A program made the position numbers and the translations under genes. A stretch of 64,000 bases of DNA, taken from contig JAZUKH010000279.1 of the NCBI GenBank assembly GCA_045643185.1, positions 3,301 through 67,300 on the forward strand, in the 5' to 3' direction. The notes under the pieces were generated by a model. That model did not search any database, was not told the DNA's origin, and saw only the letters and a program-made list of their open reading frames with translations. Shown piece by piece: positions 28,612-38,157 of this stretch (the stretch's first letter is position 1; each line of letters opens with the position of its first letter). The DNA is from Myxococcota bacterium (GTDB lineage: Bacteria > Myxococcota_A > Bradymonadia > UBA4248).

Positions 28612-28926
28612 ATGGCCAAAATTGAACGTGAAATTAATCATCATCTCTCCCTCGAAGCTGCCAAAACGGCTGCTGCAGAACTCGTAAACAAAGTTCAGTC
28701 AAACTTTGGTTCCCTGATCAGCGAGATCAAATGGAACGATGACAAAACCGTCGCCGATGTCAAAGGTAAAGGCTTCACGGGGAATTTCAAAATTACCGAT
28801 TCCAGCGTCAAAATTCTGATCGAACTTGGTCTTTTGACTAGCCCGTTCAAAGGCAAAGTCGAAGAAAAGATCGACGAATATGCTAAAAATTTAGAAAATG
28901 ATCCGAATGCCGACAAACAGGCCTAA
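28612..28926 (+). CDS. Putative polyhydroxyalkanoic acid system protein (PHA_gran_rgn-like, ~100 aa)
   Basis: Pattern of about 100 aa: MAKIEREINHHLSLEAAKTAAAELVNKVQSNFG…WNDDKTVADVKGKGFTGNFKITDSSVKILIELGLL…KGKVEEKIDEYAKNL resembles the TIGR02610 family layout. Recalled from memory; unverified. Confidence 0.45.
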   Translation: MAKIEREINHHLSLEAAKTAAAELVNKVQSNFGSLISEIKWNDDKTVADVKGKGFTGNFKITDSSVKILIELGLLTSPFKGKVEEKIDEYAKNLENDPNADKQA

Positions 28927-28947
28927 TTTCGAATCATAATCAATAAA

Positions 28948-28972
28948 GGCGCCCACAAGGCGCCTTTTTTTT
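28948..28972 (+). terminator. Rho-independent terminator
   Basis: ggcgcccacaaggcgcc followed by tttttttt. Confidence 0.65.
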
Positions 28973-29034
28973 GGTTACAATACAATCGGGAAATATCTAA
29001 TTAGTTCACGCTCCAGCCTTGTTCTTGGGGATGA

Positions 29035-29135
29035 GTGGCATGGCTATCGCAAAGCGATACGCCATGCTTGTCGCGCTATGCCTACGGCATACGCGCTCTG
29101 AAAACCGGCTATCGCAAATGCGATACGCCGGTTTC
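29035..29135. repeat. Two tandem palindromes related to the family A core (tGGCTATCGCAAAGCGATACGCCa and cGGCTATCGCAAATGCGATACGCCg)
   Basis: Both hairpins have the same GGCTAT/ATACGCC arms with the conserved one-base bulge. Confidence 0.6.
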
Positions 29136-29220
29136 GCCTTGGCCTTCTATTAAAATCAGTCGATACGCAATGACACGGCTCTTGGCACTCGCCCCTCAAC
29201 CCGTCGCATATTATCCAATA

Positions 29221-30798
29221 TTATGATTTCACGAACCGTTTTATCTCACACGTATGTTCTTTTGTTTTTTCATCATAATTCACGCCGACGAATAACAGAT
29301 CCCCCTGGTAGTGTTCGAGGGCTTTGAAATAGTTATTATTTTCGATTTGGCTCAAAGCGGTTTCAGTCGAGCTGTTGCGCTTCAGTTCGACGATCATCGC
29401 CGGCGTATTGGGAATATACGGAATGAATGCAATATCGGCGTAGCCCTTGCCCGCAGGTAACTCAGAAATTACGGTATAGCGCGTATTTGCATAAAAATAG
29501 GCAAATCGAATCACGCTCTGAAAACACCCTTCGTTGTTGTATTGTAAATTCGATACAAGTTCGGTGTGCGCGTCGTCGATAGCCTTAGCCACGGCGTTTT
29601 CATCCCCCTGAATCGTGAGATCTAATAAATCTTCAGAATGTTTTACAATGGCAAAAGCCTTGGCATAATCCGCTTCATCCCGAATGGACAAAATCCATTG
29701 CTGCCGAATTTCTCTATTTGGAATATAACAACACTCCGTTTTGCGATCATAAGCCAGATAGCCCAAATGAATGAGATATGTAAAGACGTCGTCTTTGTGG
29801 CGAAAATCGGTCATCGTATTCAAATACCCCGACGTATCAACTTTGACTTTACCGCCGGCGATCATGTTCATGACGTCGTCCCGAATGCCATCAAAATTCA
29901 TCAGGATATATTGTTTAAGGGCATCATAAGACCCGGTCTGCGTCCAATACCCTCCATATTCGCGATCATTCATCGCTTGAACGACGGAATTTGGATTATA
30001 TATATGGTATTCACCCATGTGATAACCTTCATACCAGCGACGGCATTCATCGACATCCATATCACAGGCATCACACAATGCTTCCGTTTCTTCCTGGGTA
30101 AATCCAACGAACTCGGTCAACTGCCTAGAATTGACCATTGTATATTCACGAAATATATTGAGTTTAGACTGGTTCTTGTCGCGCACGATCGGCAAAATTC
30201 CTGTCAAATAGACGAGCGCAAACGCAGGTGATAAGTTTGCATTTTTAAACATCGCATTGAGAAAAGCCAGATACGAATTAAATATTGTCGCATTCACCTT
30301 TTCGCGCACTAAAACATCGTATTCGTCAAGAATCAAAACGAATTGTTCACCAGTTTTCGAATATATTCGTTGAATACATTTATCCAGGTTGTCTGTATCT
30401 TTGATTCCACAATTTGGATACTGTTCCTGAAGCTCTTCTCTTACATTAGCAGTGAACAATGGCACAATATCTTCATTACGCGTTGAGCTTGAATAGCACG
30501 CGTTGACATCGATGTGAATGACATTGAACTGATTGAGATACGTCTCAAAATCGGGGGTTTTCGCGATCTTAAGCTTTTCAAAAATGGGACGTGAATTCGC
30601 GAGTTTGCTATAATAGGCAGCGATCATAGCACCAGCCATTGACTTACCAAAACGGCGCGCACGCGACACGCACACAAAGCGTTCTTCGGTATTCAACAGC
30701 TGATTGAGTTCATGAATCAACATCGATTTATCGACATAAATTCTCGAACGAACGCCCATTCTCAACAACGCTTCACTAGGATTGACAAACAGTCCCAT
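29221..30798 (-). CDS. AAA-ATPase_like (PF09820-type) protein with C-terminal PD-(D/E)XK nuclease-family domain (PDDEXK_9-like)
   Basis: MGLFVNPSEALLRMG…YVDKSMLIHEL…FVCVSRARRFGKSM (signature SRPRRFGKS motif of the family). Length about 525 aa. C-terminal …GYADIAFIPY…ELK fits a PD-(D/E)XK core (D…E.K). RBS gagggag 7 nt upstream of the ATG at 30798; the 30885 start in the ORF track is an extension. Confidence 0.7.
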   Translation of the reverse strand: MGLFVNPSEALLRMGVRSRIYVDKSMLIHELNQLLNTEERFVCVSRARRFGKSMAGAMIAAYYSKLANSRPIFEKLKIAKTPDFETYLNQFNVIHIDVNACYSSSTRNEDIVPLFTANVREELQEQYPNCGIKDTDNLDKCIQRIYSKTGEQFVLILDEYDVLVREKVNATIFNSYLAFLNAMFKNANLSPAFALVYLTGILPIVRDKNQSKLNIFREYTMVNSRQLTEFVGFTQEETEALCDACDMDVDECRRWYEGYHMGEYHIYNPNSVVQAMNDREYGGYWTQTGSYDALKQYILMNFDGIRDDVMNMIAGGKVKVDTSGYLNTMTDFRHKDDVFTYLIHLGYLAYDRKTECCYIPNREIRQQWILSIRDEADYAKAFAIVKHSEDLLDLTIQGDENAVAKAIDDAHTELVSNLQYNNEGCFQSVIRFAYFYANTRYTVISELPAGKGYADIAFIPYIPNTPAMIVELKRNSSTETALSQIENNNYFKALEHYQGDLLFVGVNYDEKTKEHTCEIKRFVKS

Positions 30799-30948
30799 GT
30801 TCACTCCCTCAGGCATTTCGCACAACCAACCGTCGAAGCTTGTCGCAACACGGTTATGCTTCATTCTAGCATAAAATATGGCCAATGGCGATTGATCACA
30901 GAAATCGTTGCGGCAACAATAAGTTACAACTCAGTTACAGAAGCATAG

Positions 30949-31006
30949 TCTGATCAGAAATTAAAAATCTCAGCCGTAGCGAAGCCGAAAGCAAGCAGGC
31001 TGAGAT
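30949..31006. repeat. Hairpin repeat family B, copy 2
   Basis: tctgatcagaaattaaaaATCTCAGCCgtagcgaagccgaaagcaagcaGGCTGAGAT. Confidence 0.75.
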
Positions 31007-31196
31007 TGGGCGAGCGGGCGCGATTTCTCCAAGCCATAGGCAAGTTCGCGGCTTTTCAATTCATAAATGAGGAAATAACTAATTATAATAACTCAAGTTT
31101 CACCCCTCATTTTTGGCTAAAGCCAGCGTATAAACAACAAAGGCCGATCAATAAGATCGGCCTTTTGTTATGACTTATGCGTTCAACGCGCAGTGA

Positions 31197-33485
31197 CTAT
31201 TCAGCAGCAGGCGCTGCAGCGGCTGCATCGGCAGCAGCAGCGGCATCAGCCCCTTCGGCGGCTGCATCAGCAGGCGGATTGGCCGTTTCGTTAAGGGAGT
31301 CGATGATCTTATTAAACCAATCAGAGATGAGGTGCATATTATCGGTGAAATAGAGCACCGCAAGACCGATGACAATGATGGCCAGGAGCGTCAGAAGGAT
31401 GATTTTACCAACCGACGGACCTTTAGGCGCATACGGATCTTCGAGGTTAACTTTCGGATATTTCGCCAAATTGGTGAACGTGGCACCGAACGGAATGTTG
31501 ATGAGAATCTGGGAGTTGATGGCCCAGCCATTGGCGTTGAGAACTGGCGTGAGGTTACGTTTACGAAGTTTCTGCCAGGCGAGGAACATCGAAGGACCGG
31601 AGATCAAAACGATGATGGCAATGATGAGGAGTGGCAGGTTATACCACTGAGCGGTAATGCCTTTGGCGAGGCTGACGAGGGCGCTCGCGATATAGCCGAT
31701 GGCCATACCAATGGCAGCAAAGATACCAGCAAACTTGGCGATATCAAAGCCACCGATACTTGCCCCAGCGCCTTTTGCAGCATCGGCGCCTTCTTTCGTC
31801 GTAGGCAGCTCACTACCGGCTTTTTCCGTGATGTTGGCATCCACAGCGGCGTTTTTATCACTAGCCGTTTTGTTGATACGGTCAGAAACGAGGCGAGCAA
31901 GTTTCTTATAAGGCGCCCAGAAAGCCTGACGAACGCTGATCGGATTATCGACGATCTTCGTGATGACTGCATCCCAGTCGAGGCCATCGCGATCATAGAA
32001 GACGGCGTTTTTGCCGACGCGCAGATTATCGACATCACCGTCGGTAAGAACGGCGGCGATCGTCATCGTCGTGCCTTTAACTTTTGACGTGCAGTCACAA
32101 TACACGACGTACATGCCGCTCAGGTCAGCAACTTCACCCTGTTTGCCCATATCGGCAACCTTGATACAGAGCTCGGTGCTGCGCTGATCGATGTAGAGGA
32201 TACCAGCCTGGAAAACGGCTTTGTTTTCAGGCTCGCGCGAGTAGAAATCGCTGAACGTGACAAAGTTTTTGAGAAGTTTGTAGAAATTTTTGTAATAACG
32301 AAGGAATTTTTCAACCGCGTCAATCGAAGCAGATTCAGCTTCGAGGGCTTTATCATCATCAATGATCTTGCTGAGATCAGCTTTGCGATCGTCGGCAAGT
32401 ATCTTTTCAATCTTCTCAAGGCCCAGAGATTCAACTTCGCTGCCTTTTTTGGCATCGTTCCAAGCAGCATAGGCCCCGAATTTAGCGAGGATATCAGCCC
32501 ACTGAGCTTCGGTCATGGTGTTGGCACCGGCCAATTCTTTGTCGAGGACGAGGGATTTGACTTTGGCAAAAGCGGCCTGCCAGGCGGGGTTGATGTTATT
32601 CACATCGAGTGAGAGCGTTGATTTTCCGGTCACACGGGCAATGGGGTAAGCCGAGATCTCGTCGTTACAGGCCACAAGGTCTTTGGCGCTGATCTCACCG
32701 ATACGAGCCGCCGAAATATCGAGGGCTGCAGTGCTTTCGGTGTTGAAAGCAGCGAGTTTACAACGCATGAAGTAGTCGGCAACTTTGTCTTTGATGGCGT
32801 TACAGGCGTCGAAAGCCGCCGCCGTGTCATCCCCAAAAGCGAAGACGTCTTTTGTGCCGGCATCCTTCCAAGCTTTGTAATCAGCGCAAGCAGCATAGAA
32901 TTTGTCGAGCAGATCGACATTGATACCTTTTAAGCCGCTTCTGTCGTCCACGCCACCAACCGTATCGATCGCGCATTTGATCGTGTCTTTAAGCACGTCG
33001 TCATCGGTCGACTGTTCCGTAATGATGCCATCACCATTCAAGGCTGTTTTGGCAAAAATGGCGATGCTGTCGCTGGCTTCGGCGAGCGAGATGGAATCTT
33101 TTTCGAGGCCCAGATTGCTCAGGATCTGTTTGGCAGAGCTGTAAAGTTTCTTACCCTCTTCATTATCCTGATTGAACTCCGACAAAGCGATCGAATCTTC
33201 CTGTTTAAGCAGGGCATCCGGATCTTTGATGACGGAAGTCAACCAAGTGGCAGCGTCCATGACTTCATTGACACGGATCTTACCATCGTTGTTGGTATCC
33301 ATGAGTTTGAGCGTCTTCTCGTCGAATTCCAGACCAACGACGGGACAACTCAAAACGGTCCAAAGTTTCTGGTCCAATTCACGCAAATGTGCGATGTCCT
33401 CACCCGTAGTAATTTTGACGCGAGTAACACCACCAATGGTGCAAAATTTCCAGTTATAACCATTATTCGCGGATTTTTTAGCCAT
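31197..33485 (-). CDS. Large hypothetical protein (762 aa) with C-terminal transmembrane helices and an Ala-rich acidic tail
   Basis: N-terminal DTNNDGKIRVNEV (EF-hand-like DxNxDGxI loop). About 560 aa of soluble alpha/beta region. TM helices near residues 590-720 (IFAAIGMAIGYIASALVSL; LLIIAIIVLISGPSMFLAW; IILLTLLAIIVIGLAVLYF). Tail …PPADAAAEGADAAAAADAAAAAPAAE. Confidence 0.5.
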   Translation of the reverse strand: MAKKSANNGYNWKFCTIGGVTRVKITTGEDIAHLRELDQKLWTVLSCPVVGLEFDEKTLKLMDTNNDGKIRVNEVMDAATWLTSVIKDPDALLKQEDSIALSEFNQDNEEGKKLYSSAKQILSNLGLEKDSISLAEASDSIAIFAKTALNGDGIITEQSTDDDVLKDTIKCAIDTVGGVDDRSGLKGINVDLLDKFYAACADYKAWKDAGTKDVFAFGDDTAAAFDACNAIKDKVADYFMRCKLAAFNTESTAALDISAARIGEISAKDLVACNDEISAYPIARVTGKSTLSLDVNNINPAWQAAFAKVKSLVLDKELAGANTMTEAQWADILAKFGAYAAWNDAKKGSEVESLGLEKIEKILADDRKADLSKIIDDDKALEAESASIDAVEKFLRYYKNFYKLLKNFVTFSDFYSREPENKAVFQAGILYIDQRSTELCIKVADMGKQGEVADLSGMYVVYCDCTSKVKGTTMTIAAVLTDGDVDNLRVGKNAVFYDRDGLDWDAVITKIVDNPISVRQAFWAPYKKLARLVSDRINKTASDKNAAVDANITEKAGSELPTTKEGADAAKGAGASIGGFDIAKFAGIFAAIGMAIGYIASALVSLAKGITAQWYNLPLLIIAIIVLISGPSMFLAWQKLRKRNLTPVLNANGWAINSQILINIPFGATFTNLAKYPKVNLEDPYAPKGPSVGKIILLTLLAIIVIGLAVLYFTDNMHLISDWFNKIIDSLNETANPPADAAAEGADAAAAADAAAAAPAAE

Positions 33486-33663
33486 ACAAGATTCTCTTAT
33501 TTTGGTTTAGGGTTAACAAAATTAGCCACGAAAAAACACGCGTTTATTCATGGCTTAAAAAATGTATCTACTAAGATAACTAAAAAAGCCCCTATCACAC
33601 AAGAGTTTTGTCACGTCTTTCATCTTGGACAATCCAGGTAAGCGTAAACGCCTCATGGCCTAT

Positions 33664-33895
33664 GTTTTAGGCGCGGCTATTTCATACGCCGCGCCCGCGT
33701 CGCTTCTCCCTCGCTGGAGACGCAAAATTTGCGTCTCTACGCTCGGTCAATACGCGCCGCGTTTTTCGTATTCACAACACAACCAGGAGAAGGGGTCGGC
33801 GCGTATTGGCGATCTGGTCATATCGGTATTGCATCCCCCTTGCTTAAATGACCAGATTGCCAATAGCGACGTAGGGGAAGGCATTCCCCTCCCAT
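33664..33895. repeat. Cluster of family A palindromic modules (about 230 bp, at least four hairpin units)
   Basis: GCGCGGCTATTTCATACGCCGCGC; cgcgtcgcttctccctcgct; GGAGACGCaaaatttGCGTCTCtacgctcggtcaatacgcgc; ggggtcGGCGCGTATTGGCgatctggtc…gaccagatTGCCAATAGCGACgtaggggaaggcattcccc. A partial inverted copy lies at 52615..52712. Confidence 0.75.
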
Positions 33896-33995
33896 AAAAG
33901 AAAAAGCGGATAATCATTGCCTCACTTTGGATTTTCGGCTAAAAGATAGCGCTTTTTTTTGTGCGTTACGAACGACACGCGATAAGGTAATGACT

Positions 33996-34988
33996 ATGGC
34001 TAAAAAGAAAAAAATAACAGATGACGAAGTTTTAGACATCGAGGAAGAGGAGATGACCTCTGTCCCCGAAGATCCCGTCGATGAAGACGAAGACCGCGAC
34101 GAGACCGATAATGAAGACAGCCTCGCCGAGGATGAAGACGACAAACAGATCATTGCAAAGCTCGAAAAAGCCGATCGCGAAGAAGCCGAAAAAATCTTCC
34201 TGTTTGAGGAAGAGATCGGTTACAACTCGAACTACGATTGGACGGATCGCTCGATCTTCCCCGAAAAAGAAGAGGATGACGCGAAGCGCGTGCTGATCGA
34301 GATGACGACGGACGAAGTTAACAATTATAAATTGAAATCGACCGCGTCTTTGTTCAACAAATGGACTTTGGCGCTCGCATGCAAAAAACGCGGTCTGAAT
34401 GATAAATTCGTGGAACTCGCCCGCGATATCCTCAAAGGCGTCAAAAATGACGAACGTCTGTGTTTTGCCGACATCTATCTCGAACTCGTCGATACGCTGA
34501 TGCGTCAAAACCAAAATGACGAAGCGCTCGAAGTCATCGCAAAATACAAAGACGATGCCGACAAATTCATGGCTTCCTTCACCACTGCGGAAGACAATAA
34601 AAAGTCCAAAAAAGCCAAAACGGAAGAAGCCAAAAAAGATATTCGCGTCGTCGAATTTGACGAACACGCGGTCGAGATCGTCCGCGGTATTTTGCTCGCA
34701 AAAACCAACCAGCTCTCAGAAGCTAAGTCGGTGTTTGACCACCTCGTCAATCGCCCCTTCTATATGGGCATCCCCGAAGCTGAATCGTCCAGCAAAGCCG
34801 GTGCAGACGCCGAACGTCGCCTCGTCATGTTCGAAATTGCTCAGGCCCTCGCTTCGGTCGGCGTGCATGACCTCGCTTTCGAATATTTCGATAAGTCCAA
34901 AAAATTGGCAGACCTCGAAGATGACAAAAAACTTATCCTCGAAATCGAAAACGCCATCGATCGTACGGAAAAATCGCGCGTTCTTTAA
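33996..34988 (+). CDS. Hypothetical highly acidic cytoplasmic protein (about 330 aa)
   Basis: MAKKKKITDDEVLDIEEEEMTSVPEDPVDEDEDRDETDNEDSLAEDEDD…; helical, TPR-like C-terminal half. The ATG at 33996 has aagg 8 nt upstream; the 33927 start in the ORF track is an extension. Confidence 0.45.
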   Translation: MAKKKKITDDEVLDIEEEEMTSVPEDPVDEDEDRDETDNEDSLAEDEDDKQIIAKLEKADREEAEKIFLFEEEIGYNSNYDWTDRSIFPEKEEDDAKRVLIEMTTDEVNNYKLKSTASLFNKWTLALACKKRGLNDKFVELARDILKGVKNDERLCFADIYLELVDTLMRQNQNDEALEVIAKYKDDADKFMASFTTAEDNKKSKKAKTEEAKKDIRVVEFDEHAVEIVRGILLAKTNQLSEAKSVFDHLVNRPFYMGIPEAESSSKAGADAERRLVMFEIAQALASVGVHDLAFEYFDKSKKLADLEDDKKLILEIENAIDRTEKSRVL

Positions 34989-35008
34989 TTCTATCCGCTA
35001 AAATCTCT

Positions 35009-35037
35009 GCGGCTGTTTTTACAGCCGCATTTTTTGT
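35009..35037 (+). terminator. Rho-independent terminator
   Basis: gcggctgtttttacagccgc followed by attttttg. Confidence 0.6.
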
Positions 35038-35079
35038 TTTTACGGACGTGATCTTTATATATTTCAAGGAGACATGCTC

Positions 35080-38000
35080 ATGAAACGCTCTCTTTTGACT
35101 GTTTTCGCTTTATCTGTCGTGTTGTGTGCCTGTTCCGAAGAAACGCTGTCCAATCTTAATAGCTCGGACGAGCCTTCTCAAGAAGATCCCAATAACGACA
35201 ACCCAAAAACGGATGACCCCAAAACGGATGAGCCCGAAACACCGGCCAAATCAGATGGCTCACTAGGCAGCATCTGTCATGACAAAGTCCGTTGCTTGGA
35301 CGATCTTTCGTGTATGCAGGGATTTTGCAGGCGCTATGTCGACCTTGGAGATGCCTGCGACGAGTTTAATCTCTGCGACGAATCTGAATGCGTGAAATCA
35401 GAAGGTTCGGCGCAAGGCAAATGCGTTCGAGAATCTTCGCTCCACCACACATGTAATGACACGACCATCGTCTGCCCTGCCCCCTTACAATGTATCGCCC
35501 TTTCAGCGAACATACACCGTTGTGAAGACGCCGTTGGCTTGGGCGAAGCCTGTCAGGATGGCTTCACTTATTGTGAAAACGGCCTCCTTTGCCACCCTCA
35601 GACCAACCGCTGCGCCACACGCGCCACGATCGGTGAAACGTGCGACGACACACACACCTGTGAAATGCCTTATTCATGCGTCAAAGGCGTCTGTGCCACA
35701 CGCGTCAACGAAAACTGTGACGCCTCGCACGTATGTATCAGCAACACCGCAGTCTGTTATGACGGCAAATGCATCGAATCGAATGAATGCGCCAGCGAAT
35801 CCGACTGTTCAGCAGATACGTACTGCTGCACCGAGGACGCCTGTAAAGTCAAAAATGTGTGCCTGCCCTATGGCGAAGGTCCGCGTGAAACCACGAACGA
35901 CGCTTGTGAATATGAGACCGTACCCGGCCTTTTTGAAGCAGACATCCAGTGTGAATGGGCTAAACCCGCAAAAGATGACCCATTTCCCAAGCAGGACAGC
36001 ATCGTCACCCCGACCTTTGTCGCCAAAACGCCGCATAACACGGCCTCTGGCAACACGCTGATCGTTGCGACCTACCAACATGGCATTTGGGAGCCTTGTG
36101 ACGAAGCTTACCAGTTTGGCGTGATCCGCTTCATCGATCCTGAAGACTGCCACGTCATAGAAAACTTATACGACAAGAAAAACTACGTTTCTGCCGGCGC
36201 CACCATGGCCATAGCAGACGTCGACGGCGACGGTTTTGTAGAAATCTTCGCTCAACGCTCTCCCCACCAGGCTAGCAACGGCACAACAGCCGGCGGCATC
36301 GTCGCCTTCGGCTGGGACAAAGAACAGAACAAGTATGTGACCAGGTGGAGTCAGATCAACGGCTTAAAACAAAAAAACTATGGTTGGGGCGGTTTGTCCG
36401 TACACGACCTCAATGGCGACAATATTCCCGAAGTGATCAATCCGTATGGCGAAGTGCTGAATGCACAGACAGGCGAAAAACTGAATGGTACTCAAGTCAT
36501 TGATAATGCCATGTTTGCCACGATCGGCGACCTCGACAACGACGGCAAAGCCGAATTCATTGCCCGTTCTGGTAAAGTCTATGAATGGACGATCACTCGC
36601 GACGAGGCCGGTGCCATTACCAGCCAAACCTGGGTGCTCGAATACGACACGACCACGACGGGGTATCCGCTCAAAGCCTATGCTGACTTCGGCACGCCGG
36701 GTGCCACACCTGAAGAATTCGACTGGAACACCAAGGATGGCATCGCCGAAATCGTGTCGACGCGAGGTATAGACGCCGGTAAAGGCGCCTCACAGGTCGC
36801 CATGCACGCGCTCACTCAAACCGTCAACGAGGACGGCACCATCAAGAAAGGGCAACAACGTATTCTCTACATTGACAAGCTTTACGGCGGCGGTGCCCCC
36901 ACCATCGGTGACTTTGATAATGACGGTATGCCCGAAGTTGGTATCGCTTTTGGCGACTACTATGCCGTCATCGACCCGCGTTGCAAGAAAGACAAAGACG
37001 GAAATCTCCCAGAGGGGTGTTCCGCTGAGAATTATCTCTGGCGTCAAAAGAACCAGGACGATTCCTCATACACGACCGGTTCATCCGTCTTCGACTTCGA
37101 TGCAGACGGCCAGATCGAAGTCGTCTACGCCGACGAATGTTATACCCGCATTTACGACGGCAAAACAGGCGATGTACTCTTCTCATCCAAGCAAAGCAGC
37201 CGAACCGCATACGAAATGCCGATCATTGCCGATATTGACAACGATGACTCAGCTGAGATCCTGATGGGGGCCAACCTTCCGGAACGTTCATGTTCCGAAC
37301 TCGATGCGATCCATCGTGGCATTCGTTGCCACGAAGATGCCGACTGCAAATCAAACGTTTGTGAAAATAACTTCTGCCGTTGTGAAAGCGATGCACAGTG
37401 CAACTGGCGCAAAAACGAAAACGACGTCGTTATATCTGAATACAAATGTACGACACCGCTGGCTTCAGACAAAGAGGTTAACAGCAAAAACGTTTGTCGA
37501 GCTTACCGTAAAATCGGCAATCCGCCGACGGGACTTAGAGTCATGCGCGACCGTTACGACCGTTGGGCTTCCTCACGTAACATCTGGAACCAATTTGCCT
37601 ACTCGATTACCAACGTCAACAACGATCTTTCGATTCCGACGCTGACCGACTGGGTCCAGAACTTCCTGTCACCGTCCTTCAACAACTTCCGTGCAAATTC
37701 ACAAGGCCGTCTCGGTCGCAACGTTGCTCCGGACATCACCGGCAAGCTCAACAAAGACAACCTGTGCAAACGCACCAGCAGCCAAGACGCGAAAAATGCC
37801 ATCACGTTAACAGGTGTCGTGTGTAACCGTGGTACAAAGAGCGTCGCCACGGCTATGCCTGCATCATTCTACGAAGTGCTAGAAGACGGCAGCAACGGTC
37901 GCAAGTTCTGCACAGCCCATACAGCCAGTAACGTCCCCGTCGGCGGTTGTCTTGAAGTTTCCTGTACGCTTGACGACATTGTCCCAGGTACATTAGTGCG

Positions 38001-38103
38001 TATGGTCTCGAACGACGACGGTGAAGGTGGACGCACCACGGTTGAATGCAACAGCGACAACAACACCGACGAAATCATTCTCGAAAGCTGCCCAGTTTAC
38101 TAG
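35080..38103 (+). CDS. Large lipoprotein paralog: Cys-rich repeats, FG-GAP-like beta-propeller with an inserted Cys-rich segment, and a C-terminal Ig/CARDB-like domain
   Basis: Lipobox LSVVLCAC. Cys-rich N-terminal half (CHDKVRCLDDLSCMQGFC, CDEFNLCDESECV…). Ca-loop blades DVDGDGFVEIF, DLNGDNIPEV, DLDNDGKAEFIA, DFDNDGMPEVGIA, DFDADGQIEVVYAD, DIDNDDSAEILMG. Insert CHEDADCKSNVCENNFCRCESDAQC. Same overall architecture as 13456..16422. Best RBS precedes the ATG at 35080; the ORF track lists 35074. Confidence 0.7.
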   Translation: MKRSLLTVFALSVVLCACSEETLSNLNSSDEPSQEDPNNDNPKTDDPKTDEPETPAKSDGSLGSICHDKVRCLDDLSCMQGFCRRYVDLGDACDEFNLCDESECVKSEGSAQGKCVRESSLHHTCNDTTIVCPAPLQCIALSANIHRCEDAVGLGEACQDGFTYCENGLLCHPQTNRCATRATIGETCDDTHTCEMPYSCVKGVCATRVNENCDASHVCISNTAVCYDGKCIESNECASESDCSADTYCCTEDACKVKNVCLPYGEGPRETTNDACEYETVPGLFEADIQCEWAKPAKDDPFPKQDSIVTPTFVAKTPHNTASGNTLIVATYQHGIWEPCDEAYQFGVIRFIDPEDCHVIENLYDKKNYVSAGATMAIADVDGDGFVEIFAQRSPHQASNGTTAGGIVAFGWDKEQNKYVTRWSQINGLKQKNYGWGGLSVHDLNGDNIPEVINPYGEVLNAQTGEKLNGTQVIDNAMFATIGDLDNDGKAEFIARSGKVYEWTITRDEAGAITSQTWVLEYDTTTTGYPLKAYADFGTPGATPEEFDWNTKDGIAEIVSTRGIDAGKGASQVAMHALTQTVNEDGTIKKGQQRILYIDKLYGGGAPTIGDFDNDGMPEVGIAFGDYYAVIDPRCKKDKDGNLPEGCSAENYLWRQKNQDDSSYTTGSSVFDFDADGQIEVVYADECYTRIYDGKTGDVLFSSKQSSRTAYEMPIIADIDNDDSAEILMGANLPERSCSELDAIHRGIRCHEDADCKSNVCENNFCRCESDAQCNWRKNENDVVISEYKCTTPLASDKEVNSKNVCRAYRKIGNPPTGLRVMRDRYDRWASSRNIWNQFAYSITNVNNDLSIPTLTDWVQNFLSPSFNNFRANSQGRLGRNVAPDITGKLNKDNLCKRTSSQDAKNAITLTGVVCNRGTKSVATAMPASFYEVLEDGSNGRKFCTAHTASNVPVGGCLEVSCTLDDIVPGTLVRMVSNDDGEGGRTTVECNSDNNTDEIILESCPVY

Positions 38104-38115
38104 TTTCATGTCATC

Positions 38116-38157
38116 ATGCGTCTAGCATAAAGCCGTGCGACTTTATGCTGGACGCAT
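38116..38157. repeat. Long imperfect hairpin ATGCGTCTAGCATAAAG-ccgtgcgac-CTTTATGCTgGACGCAT
   Basis: 17-bp arms with 1 mismatch, 12 nt after the stop of the 35080 gene, with no T-tract. Shares ATGCGTC/GACGCAT ends with the hairpin at 17881..17899. Confidence 0.5.
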
